Below are positions 38,896 through 49,615 of a stretch of 64,000 nucleotides of DNA, piece by piece. The stretch is taken from assembly GCF_018977255.1 (NCBI RefSeq), contig NW_024704742.1:69256001-69320000 (forward strand). The letters run 5' to 3'. This DNA is from Callorhinchus milii. Its lineage: Eukaryota. Each line of letters opens with the position of its first letter. Within the stretch, counting starts at the first letter, position 1. The notes under the pieces are model-generated. The model was not told the DNA's origin. It was given only the letters and a program-made list of their open reading frames with translations, and did not search any database. A program made the position numbers and the translations under genes.

Positions 38896-40520
38896 CCTCG
38901 AGCCAGTTCCCCCATTCTATAAGATCATGGCTGATCTGTACCTCAAAGTCAATTACCCGCTCTTAATAATAATAATAATCCTTGCATTTGATATAGCGCT
39001 TTTCACGTCTGGAGGACGTCCCAAAGCGCTTCACAGAACACACTGTAAAATGAATTGACTGTATATTTGTGGGCGAATGCGGCAGCCAATTGCGCACAGC
39101 AATGTCCCACAAACAGTCGTAGATTGAAAATGACCAATTTATTATTGTTTTTAGTTTTTGGAGGGATTATTACCCCATATCCCTTAATACCCTGACCTAA
39201 CAAATATCTATCCACCTCAGTCTTGAAAAGTGAATGGATCCAACATTGGCAGCCTTTTGGGGGAGAGAGTTCCAGATTCCCACTACTCTTTGGGTGAAAA
39301 ACTGCCTCCTGATTTCATTCCTAAATAGCCGAGCTCTAATTTAAGATTACGACCTTTATTCTAGATTCCCCACCAGAGGAAATAGTTTCTCTGTATCTAC
39401 CCTTTCAAATTACTTTATAATTCCAAAAACCTCAATTAGATCACCCCTCAACTTTCTGAATTCAAGGGAATAGAGACCAAGTTTATGCAACATGTCCTCA
39501 TAATTTAACATTATTCTTGTGAATCAGCGCTGCACCCACTCCAGAGCTAATATATCCTTCCTGAAGTGTGGTGCCCAAAACTGAACGCAATTCTCCAGAT
39601 GGGGTCTGACCAAGGATTCTATATAGTAGATGCATTATTTTCTCTCCTTTATATTCCAGCCCCTTGAGATAAAGACCAACATCCCATTAGCCTTTTTGAT
39701 AACTTTTTGTACTTGTGAGCTTGCTTTTAGTGATTTGTGTACATTGACACCCAAATCCCTTTTGCTCCTCCACAGTATTTAGTTTCTCAGCATTTAGAAA
39801 CTATTATTTTTTGCTATTTTTGGATCCATGGTGGATGACCTCACACTTACCCACATTGAATGCCATCTGCCACGATTTTGCCCACTCATTTAATCTATCT
39901 AAATCCCTTTGTATCTTCCTGCTCCCATCTGCACAAGATCAAGATCAAGTTCAAGATCCTGATCCTCACCTACAAAGCCCTCAATGGTCTCGACCCACCC
40001 TACTTCTGTGACCTCCTAACCCCCTACCAACCCGCCCACTCCCTCCGCTCAGCCGGCTCCAGTCTGTTCCATGCCCCCCGACCCACCCGCCCCACCATTG
40101 GACGGAGAGCCTTCAGCCACTCTGCCCCCAACCTCTGGAATTCCATCCCTCAATCACCCCGCCTCACCCCCTCCTTAGCCTCCTTCAAGTCCCGCCTCAA
40201 AACCCTCCTCTTCGACCATGCCATCGGCCACCCCCCATCCCCTCCCCTCCCTTCTCCCCTCTGACCCCAGCTCGGGTTGAAATGCTGCACACTGTCCAGT
40301 GCCTTGGAACGTCCTCCCGACGTGAAAGGCGCTATACAAATGTAATCTTGTTGTTGTTGTTGTACACAATTTATTGTGCCTGCTAACTTTGGATATAAAA
40401 CCCTCTATTCCTTCATCCAAGTCCATATATATATATATTATATATATCTATACGGTGAAAAGCTGAAGCTCCAGTACAAACACCTGGGGAACACCACTTG
40501 TCACGTCTCGCCAATCAAAG
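38896..40520 (-). mobile_element. CR1 fragment interrupted by a SINE piece and an L2
   Basis: MDLDEGIEGFISK, WQM-FNVGKC-like and QFWAPH-like remnants, plus CR1 3' UTR. Confidence 0.8.
39945..40362 (+). mobile_element. L2 3' fragment nested inside a CR1
   Basis: IKFKILILTYKALNGL...LKTLLF with a (GTT)n tail. CR1 sequence resumes on both sides. Confidence 0.85.
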
Positions 40521-41116
40521 AACTCCTGTTCCTATGTTTCCATGATTCTGTGAGAGTGGGTCAAAGTCCTGTAGCTTACTGATTTGAGCACTCTCCTTAC
40601 AAGTGAGAGGACCTGGGTTCAATTCCTGGCTGGGGTGAAAACTTAGCAAGTAGGAACCCGGTTGTTAGTCAATTGGCGGATTGCTTTTCAGAGTTAATAT
40701 TCTCTTCAAAAAAATTGTTCACTCAATCCACGACTGTTTGTGGGATGCTGCTGTGGGCAATTGGCCACTACGTTTCGCCCACAAAATTTACAGTCAGGTT
40801 AGTTTACAGTATATTCTGTAAAGGGCTTTAAGACTTCTTGAAGACTTGATAAGGCGCCATATCAAATGCAAGGATTATTATTATTATTGAAGTCTCAGTT
40901 TAGACTATGAGTCCCGACATGGAAGCGTGAACCCACAAACGTCTGACTCAGAGGCAAGAGTGCTACCACTGCGCCAGGCTGACACACATTGATAGGATGG
41001 GGAAGTGGAAAGATGACCAAAAGGGTTGCAAAATCATAAAGGTGTGTTGTGGAGAGTCAGAACATTCGATCGAGGAGAGGAGACTAAGGTGAGGAGGCGG
41101 TGATGGTACAGGTTCT

Positions 41117-41170
41117 TGCCACCAGGTGGCGCAAATGGTGTTTGCAAAGTGGAGTACGCCCTCTGGTGAT
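41117..41170. promoter_or_regulatory. Two convergent CTCF motifs
   Basis: TGCCACCAGGTGGCGCA on plus (41117-41133) and ATCACCAGAGGGCG on minus (41170-41157). Motif match only. Confidence 0.55.
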
Positions 41171-41214
41171 CACACGTTAGTATTGTCTTTGGGTGGAAGA
41201 ACAGTGAACAAAAC

Positions 41215-41812
41215 CTCGGGATGATCCGATTGAGATGTTATAATAATAATAATAATAATCCTTGCATTTAATATAGCGCTTTTCACGTCGGAAGGACATC
41301 CCAAAGCGCTTCACAGAATACACTGTAAAGTGAATTGACTGTATATTTGTGGGCGAACGCGGCAGCCAATTGCGCACAGCAATGTCCCACAAACAGTCGC
41401 AGATTGAAAATGACCAATTTATTATTGTTTTTGGTTTTGGAGGGATTATTATATGTTTAAAATAATAAAGGAAGTTGATAGGGTAGATACAGAGAAACTA
41501 TTTCCTCTGGTGGGAGAATCCAGAACAAGGGGGTATAATCTTAACATTAGAGCTCGGCCATTTAGGAGTGAAATCAGGAGGCAGTTTTTCATACAAAGGG
41601 TTTGGAAATCTGGATCTCTCTCCCCCAAAAGGCTGTGGATGTTGGATCCATTCACATTTCAAGATTGAGGTGGATAGATATTTGTTATATCAGGGTATCA
41701 AGGATATGAGGCAAGGGGGGGTAATTAGATTTGAGGTACATATCAGCCATGATCTTATAGAATGGCGTAACAGCCTTGAGGGGCTGAATGGCCTCCTGTT
41801 CCTATGTTCCTA
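41215..41812 (+). mobile_element. CR1 3' fragment with a SINE piece inserted at 41240-41451
   Basis: MFKIIKEVDRVDTEKLFPLVGESRTRG, ending in a TTCCTATGTTCCTA tail. Confidence 0.85.
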
Positions 41813-41849
41813 ATGTGAGGAGAGAGCAGAGGGACAAGGGGTATCAGAC

Positions 41850-42002
41850 CTGCAAATATGTACACGTTGTCCTCGATGACTGTGGTCATCTGTTGCTCCT
41901 GGATCTTGGAGCAGAGTCCTCGCGGAAACAGCACCACAATATCGATGGCCTTCACCCCCCGCACGCTCTCGATAGCTGAGCTCCCCGTGTCTCCCGATGT
42001 CC
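41850..42002 (-). CDS. THNSL2: THNSL2 coding exon 3 (153 nt)
   Basis: (G)[15 protein letters not shown]...[18 protein letters not shown], with the TSGDTG motif. Canonical splice sites, phase 1/1. Confidence 0.95.
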
Positions 42003-42123
42003 CTGTAATACAGGCCGGACAATGTCAGTCACCAACAATAGTCCTCAACAGCCAACAACTACTGTCAGTCACCAACAACCGTCTGCACCTTGTCAGAAAG
42101 TTGTAGGTTTTAGTCCATACCCC

Positions 42124-42334
<211 letters not shown>

Positions 42335-42426
42335 CCCACCATGATAGACACCTCCACCAACAACACTAGCATTTACCAATTGCCCTTCACACAGGGCAGA
42401 GTCCCGGAGTGTTTGGACATACATAC

Positions 42427-42621
42427 CCACGAGCACTGTGACATGCTGGTTCTTCTTGCTGAGGAAGTGCTGGAGTAGCTGAGCCACACAGGACATGGCA
42501 AGGTCCTTGAATGTGTGGGTGATACCATACCACAGCTCCAGCACGTTCAGGCCAGCCCCCAGCCTCGCCATGCTCACCACCTCCTCCTGGGGGAACCGGC
42601 TGAAGGCAGCGTCAATCAGGT
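42427..42621 (-). CDS. THNSL2: THNSL2 coding exon 2 (195 nt), containing the PLP-lysine motif
   Basis: (D)LIDAAFSRF...LELWYGITHTFKDLAM...VTVLV(G), with the FKD PLP-binding Lys. AG at 42623-42622, GT at 42426-42425. Confidence 0.95.
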
Positions 42622-43238
42622 CTGAGAGAGAATAGAGTAATTATACTAATAATTCTTACATTATTGAGTCATTGAGACGTCTCAAAGCGCTTCACAGGAT
42701 TTACTGTAAAGTGGATTGACTGTATATATTGTGGGCAAACGTGGAAGTCAATTGTGCACAGTGTGTTGAGTAAAGAACTTGACTAAGGTTTCGCCCCGCC
42801 TGGGAATCGAACCCAGGTCCTCTCACTTGTGAGGCGAGTGCTCTAACCACTACACTACACATTAATAATAATGAATAGTAATAAGCGTACATTTGATACA
42901 GCACATTGCACGTCAGGAGGAGTATTTACTATGAAGTGTAGTGACTGCGTACCTTGTAGGCAAATATGGCGGCCAATTTGCACAGAGCAACATCCCAAAA
43001 ATAGCCATGAAGTGAGTGACTGATTTTATCTGGGGTCATGTTGGCCAAGTCACTGGGAGAGAGAAACTCCCTTCTGTTTTGGAATAGTGCTGCCTGAACG
43101 GACAGGTGGCACCTTGGTTTAACGTCTCATCCAAAGGATAAAATTCCATGAAAATATAGCGTTCCCCCTACCCATTAAACCCCGCAGCACTGTATTTGAC
43201 TGTCAGCCTAGTTGACAACAACAACTTAGTTTTATATA

Positions 43239-44670
43239 ACAACAACAACAACAAGATTCCATTTATTGAGCGCCTTTCACGTCGGGAGGACATCCCAAGG
43301 CGCTGTACAGTTGGGTCAGGACCCGAGCAGGGGGGAAATGGTCAGGGTGAGGGGAGGGAAGGGAGGGAGCGAGGAGGGGGTAGAGAGTTGAGAGGGGAGC
43401 TGAAGGCACGGTCAAAGTGAAAGGTCTTGAGACCGGCCTTGAAGGAGGAAAGGGAGGAGGCGGCGAAGGCACTGGGGGATAGAGTTCCAGAGCCTCGGGG
43501 CTGAGAGGCTGAAGGCCCGGCCACCGATGGTAGGGCGGTTGGGGCGGGGGATGTGGAGCAGACCCGAGCCAGAGGAACAGAGGGTACGGGCAGGTAGGTA
43601 GGGGGATAGTAGGTCGGAGAGGTAGGAGGGAGCGAGGCCGTGAATGGCCTTGTAGGTGAGGATGAGGATCTTGAATTCGATCCTCTGGGGGATGGGGAAC
43701 CAGTGGAGGCGAGCGAGGGTGGGAGTGATGTGGTCCTGGTGCGGGACAGTACACGAGCTGCAGAGTTCTGAATGACCTGCAGCTTGTGGAGGGAGGTGCC
43801 GGGAAGGCCGGCGAGGAGAGAGTTCCCATAGTCCAGCCTTGAGATGATAAAGGCGTGGACCAGAGTTTCAGCAGCGTGAGGGGTGAGGTAGTGCCGTAGT
43901 CTGGCGACGTTCCGGAGGTGATGGAAGGCGGTGCCAGTTGTGGCGCGGATATGAGGGAGAAAGGACAGCTCAGGGTCGAACAGAACCCCGAGGTTCCTGA
44001 CTGACTTTGAGAGGTGGAGAGTGCAGCCTTGGATGCTGATGCTGTCAGCGCCTGAGGTGCGGAGGCGCTGACGTGAGCCAATCAGGAGGGCCTCAGTTTT
44101 GCGCACGTTGAGCTGGAGAAAGTTATCTCTCATCCAGGACTCGATGTCGGACAGGCAGTCTGTCAGGACATCGGTGGTCGTGGAGTTGAGGGTAGAGGAG
44201 GAAAGGTAGAGTTGGGTGTCATCCGCATACATGTGGAAGTTAACCCCATGTCTGCAGATGATGTCACCGAGGGGGAGCATATAGAGGGTGAAGAGGAGGG
44301 GACCAAGGACAGAGCCCTGAGGGTCACCGCACGAGACAGTGCGGGGGCCGGAGGAAAAACCATTCGTGGAAACAAAGTGAAGACGGTGGGAGAGGTATGA
44401 CCTAAACCACTCAAGGACAGGGTCTTGAAGGTTGAGGTGGGAGGACAAGCAGTGGAGGAGGATAGCGTGGTCGACCATATCGAATGCTGTCGATAGGTCG
44501 AGGAGGACGAGGAGGCAGAGGGAGCCCTGTTCACAGATGGTCAGGATGTCCTTGGTGACCTTGACCAGGGCAGTTTCTGTGCTATGGGCAGCACGGAAAC
44601 CCGACTGAAAGGGTTCGAATAGTGAATGGTTGGAGAGGAAAGTGCGCAGCTGGGAGGCGACAACTCGTTC
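43239..44670 (-). mobile_element. Young 5'-truncated L2-clade LINE (RT C-terminal half plus 3' UTR)
   Basis: ORF 43342-44478 has PQGSVLGP, YADDTQLY, LQLN..KTE and SRLDYGNSLL, and ends in a (TTG)n tail. A 7-nt deletion near 43735 shifts the frame. Confidence 0.93.
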
Positions 44671-44953
44671 ATAACATCTCGGAGAGTTTCATAGTGCCAG
44701 GTGTGGAGGGGGAGGCAGGGGAAAGAGTAATTGAAGGGTGTGGTTGAAGAGCTAAGACTTTAAGAATGTGGGGTGGTGGGAGGGGCGGGAGTTGGGGGTG
44801 CGAGGCGTAATGTTCCAGAGCCAAAATGCTGATGTGGGCATCAAACCCACAACTTTCAGACTCAGAGACAAGAGCGCTAGTGAATAGTGCAGCCTGAAGA
44901 GAACAGACAGATGCCATTATTCCAGCTCAGGGTGAGATTTCCAGATAGTTTAC

Positions 44954-45176
44954 CATCTATACATGCTCTCGACAGTTCCTCTCTGGAGATGTACAGGGCA
45001 CAGATCTCCTTCACCAGCCGAGGGTACGAGAAGCCACTCCACTCCCTCAGGGTCTCCGGCTCCAGCCTCGGGATATTTTCAGGCATGTAAAGGCCACCGT
45101 CCGGTGCAAAGCCAGAGAAAAGGACTCGTTCGAAGGAGACATTGGCCAAAGCCCCACGAGTGGTTGTGTATCTCAT
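44954..45176 (-). CDS. THNSL2: Threonine synthase-like 2, coding exon 1 (223 nt)
   Basis: Encodes MRYTTTRG...FSGFAPDGGLYMPE...ACID, the threonine-synthase N-terminal motif. Pyrimidine tract plus CAG acceptor puts the exon start at 45186, 10 nt before the ATG. GT donor at 44953-44952, phase 1. Confidence 0.95.
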
Positions 45177-45739
45177 CTCAAAGTCCCTGCGAGGAGGAAT
45201 GAGGGTGCAAACAACACCCTTTTCACCATAAATATAGATATATAACAATAATAATCCTTGCATTTGATATAGCGCCTTATCATGTCGTTGAGATGTTTCA
45301 AAGCACTTCACAGGATACACTGTCGGTCATTAGCAGATATAACGCAGTCCCAATATTGCATTGGAGTGTCAGCCTAGCCTGGGAGTTCTAAGTCCTGAAG
45401 TTTGGGCTCAAACCTGAAACCTTCCAATTCAATTGAGCCTGGCTTAGTTTAACATTGTTTACCAAAATTTGTGACAAGCAGCATAGGAATTATCACTCCA
45501 ACTGTCAATCGAGTTGTCAATCACTTGAATGTAAATGACAGTGGGATTTCTCTCTCTCTCCCCCAACCAAACAGATCTCTGATTTCCAGGATAAGAAATG
45601 TCACTTTACTGAGAGACATTTTACACACCCCGCACACTCCCCCCCACCCCCCCTCCCCCCCCATACACACACACACACACATTAACCACCTGGTTTGGAC
45701 TTGATTGTTATATACATGCACTGTGCAAACATCTCTTAC

Positions 45740-45947
45740 CACAGTGAGTCTCAGGAGACGGTGCAATAGCTGAGTGGAGTGAGCCAGGACTTTGGACACC
45801 AAAAGTTTTCTGTGTTGACATCGAACATTCAAATGAGAAACTGTCATGTGGCTCCCTTGCTGTGAATGCAAGTTCACAGCACCGAACAAGGTCAAACAGC
45901 CCATCGTGGTCTTGGAGGGATTTGATAGTGAGGACGAGAGTGCAACT
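45740..45947 (-). other. Probable upstream (5' UTR or uORF-bearing) exon of THNSL2, 208 nt
   Basis: Non-repeat block bounded by CTCTTCCTTCCAG acceptor and GTAAGA donor. It lies about 550 nt upstream of coding exon 1, whose own acceptor implies an upstream exon. Confidence 0.6.
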
Positions 45948-47494
45948 CTGGAAGGAAGAGTTACAGGGTAGGCGTGTAGGTATTTGAAAAGAGAAAGGAT
46001 TTCTCCTTGTGTCCTGGCTGGCAACTCCCCCAGATAAAATCAATTGTGGGACAAACAGGCATGCATGCTGTGTGATCATTAGCTGCTGTGATTTGCCTAG
46101 AAAATACACCGCCCGTGCGATTTTCCATAAATCCTGTGAAGCACTTTGAGACGTCTTGACAACATGACAAGGAGCTGTATCAGGTGGGAGAATTATTATC
46201 ATTTTATTATTACTGACAAAGAATGTGATACTACGATAGTCAGGCGATCTGTTAATGGAGAAATCATCAATTCCTGATTGTATAAGTGCTCCCAAGATGC
46301 TACCTGAGTGAAGGGCTGTAAATAAGGGCAAGTTGTTGTTATAATGGAGACATAACAATGGTTCAGGTTATAATCCCACAGAATTCTGTGAAGAGAAAAA
46401 TTGTCCCAGAGGAATAGAGGTGGCAATTTTTGAAAAAAGCATTGACAACAACAATTTGTACTTATATAACATCCTTCATGTGGGGTAGTGTTTGAGCCTA
46501 TTTGGTTTTAATTCACTTTCTGGCCTCCCTCTCCCTTTGCTCAACCCCTCAGTTGTAAGCTTGGCTTAATCGGCAGCACTCTCACCTCTGAGTAAGAAAG
46601 TTGTGTGCTCCAACCCCACTTTGGGAATTTGAAAGAATAATAATTTGAATAGAATAATAATCCTTGCGTTTGATATAGCTCCTTATCAAGTCGTTGAGAC
46701 GTTACAAAGCCCTTCACAAAGTACACTGTAAAGTAAATTGCCTGTGTATTTTGTGGGTGAAAATTGGAAGCCAATTGAGCACAGCAATGTCCTGGATTGA
46801 GTGACTAATTTTCCTTTGGAGGGATCTAGACTAAGATGGTATCAAACAAATATAGAAGGGAGTTACTCCTGGTGTCCTAGCCAACAATTCCCCCTGCCAC
46901 CCACCTGGTTAAATTCAACATTCATGTCAAATTTTTTTGTCAGACATTGCTGTGCCAAATTAGCTGCGGTGTTCGACTACAAAATACACAGACACTACAA
47001 CTTACAGTAAATGAATCCTATGCAGTGCTTTGAGATGTCCTCCCGACATGAAAGGTGCTGCATTAAATGTGAGAATTATTATTTTTATTATTATTCAAAC
47101 TCAGCTCCCGTTAAACCTTCAAGCCAAAGCCCTAAACGGTAGCGTGGTCCAAGCTGGACAACCGGTGAGAAGCTTGACAGGCAGTGCTCTCAATGGTAAA
47201 CTGTATTAACCAGTTAAACTCCAGCTGTCACACCCACAAACACACATCTAGGGCTTTCTGCCAATCTGCGGCCTATAATTTCTGGGATTGGATGCTTGCC
47301 TTTGGTGGGAGAGAAAATGCATTCCATTACAAGACAAAATACTGTAAACTCCTAATAACTTGACCCTCACTTAACTTGTCACGACAAGTTAAACTAAGCC
47401 AGGGTCAATCTCCTGGCCTCATTTATTATGTACTTATATATATGCCTAACTTGTCGGTCCTGGTGACTTGTCACTGAGCTCTTTTTCCTTAGAG

Positions 47495-49600
47495 TGACCA
47501 GTTATCCTGGAATCAGTCGTTGCTTCCCAGTTTAGGTTTTTCCTCTCCCACCACTTGCTCCTTGAACCACTCCATTTGGTTTCCGTCCTATCTCTTGTAA
47601 AGAGACAGCCTTGGTCAAAGTTACAAATGACATTGTGTCCATTTGTGATTAGGGCTCTCTCTGTCTTCTCATTCTTTTTGATCTCTCAGCTGCCTTTCAC
47701 CACTCTATTCTTCTTTATCAACTCATCTCTCAGCTCCACCTTCATGGTTCTTTCTCTGCCTGGTTTTGTTCTTACAACAACAACAAAATAACATTAATAG
47801 AGCGCCTTTCACTTTGGGAGGACGTCCTCCCGACGCAAAAGGCACTCTATAAATGTCATTTTGTTGTTGTTGTTTTTACCTTTCCCATCGACTCCCCTTT
47901 ACATCTACCAATGGCTTCTCCTCCAGCCCTCGCACCATTATATACAGCATTCCCCAGGGCTCTGTCCTTGGTCTTATCCTTTCTACATGCTCCCTCTTGG
48001 TGACACCATCCGCAGACATGGGGTCAACTTCCACATGTATCGCTCTGCCTCCACCCTCGACTCCAGGACCACTGCTGTCCTGACAGACTGTCTGCCAGAC
48101 ATCAAGTCCTGGATGAGAGCTCCCCATCCCCCAGAGGACCGAGTTCAAGATCCTTCTCCTCATTCTTAAAGCCCTCCATGGTCTTGCTCCTCCCTACCTC
48201 TGTGACCTGTGAAATCTTTACCAATGTGTCCGCACCCTCCACATGGTTGGCACTCACTTGCTTCACAACACCTGCCCTGCCTGCTCCACCATCGTTGGTC
48301 GGGACTTTAGTCTTTCTGCTCTCACCTCCCCATCGCAGAGCCACTCCACCTCACCCTCTCCCTTTCCTCCTTTGTGGCCCATCTCAAGGTCTTCATGCCT
48401 CTTGATTCCATCCCCAGCTCGGGCAAATCCTTCACTGTTCAACACCTTGGGACATCCTCCCGATGTGAATGGTGCTTATATAAATGGAATTTGTTGCAGT
48501 CGTTGTTGTTGACCCCTGTCCACCTCATCATCAGAGACCAAGCCTTTAACCACTGTACCCCTAACCTCTGGAATTCCCTCCCGCCATCTTCACCCCTCCC
48601 TATCCATTATTAAATCTGCACCTATGGTCACCTCCCTCTCCTCCTTTCACTCAAAACCTCAATGCCATCACTGTGCAGTGTTCTGAGATGTTATGACGTT
48701 AATGATTCCAGGTCCGCCGATGTTCTATCAGCTCGTCTGGCAGACATCAGGGCCATCAGACATCAGGATGAGTATAAACTTCCTGCAGCTGAATGTGGAC
48801 AAGGCTCTTTGTCTCCCGTCAACGTCTTCACTCCTGCGGATCTGAACTCCTCAACCTCCCTCAGCCTCATCGAACCAGTGTACAAACTAGGCATCCGGTT
48901 CGATCCACAGGTGTCCTTCCTTCCCCACATCCGGTCCCTGACCAGGACCATCTTCCTCAACCTCTGCAAAATTGCCCATCTCCAACCGCACCTTAACCAA
49001 AATGCAGCCGAAGCCCTGGTGTATGCGGTTCTCACTTCCCACTTGGATTACTCAAACTCACTCCTAGCCGTTCTCCTCAGCTCCACTTTTCAAAAGATCC
49101 ACCTCATTCAGAACTCTGCTGCCCACATACTTACCCGGACTAAACTCTGTACCCACGTCACCAGTTCTGCCCAGGCTCCACTGGCTCCCCATCACCGAAT
49201 GGATCGACTTCAAGATCTTCACACTCTTGTTCAAATCCATTCACTCCCTGGCACCTCCCTACCTCTCTGACATCCTCACACCCCAATCCACCACCTGGCA
49301 TCTCTGCTCGAATGGCACGAGCCTCCTGCTTGTCCCTTGCACCCTCCACCCCACCATTGGAGGTTGCGCTTTCAGCCACTACACCCCGAAGCTCTGGAAC
49401 ACACTCCCTCAATCCTTTCGCCTTGCCCCTATCTCCTCTTATTCAAGTCCCACCTGAAAACCTTCCTTTTCGACCGTGCTTACGGCCACCTTCTCCCCAT
49501 CCCCAACCACCGGCTCGGATTCAGACTCCGCCTGCCACTGTTAAGATTCTGAGATGCTACCCTGTGTGGAGGACTCTATATAAGTGCAAGTTGTTGTTGT
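47495..49600 (+). mobile_element. Cluster of degenerate L2 fragments
   Basis: PQGSVLG, LGIRFDPQVSFLPHI, HLDYSNSLL and IQNSAA remnants. L2-type tails near 48510 and 49600. Confidence 0.8.
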
Positions 49601-49615
49601 TATCCTGCATGAAGT

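Noticed and set aside
43342..44478. 378-aa ORF as a domesticated RT gene
   Set aside because: 5'-truncated, frameshifted relative to its sister copy, and retains the L2 tail. It is an ordinary young insertion.
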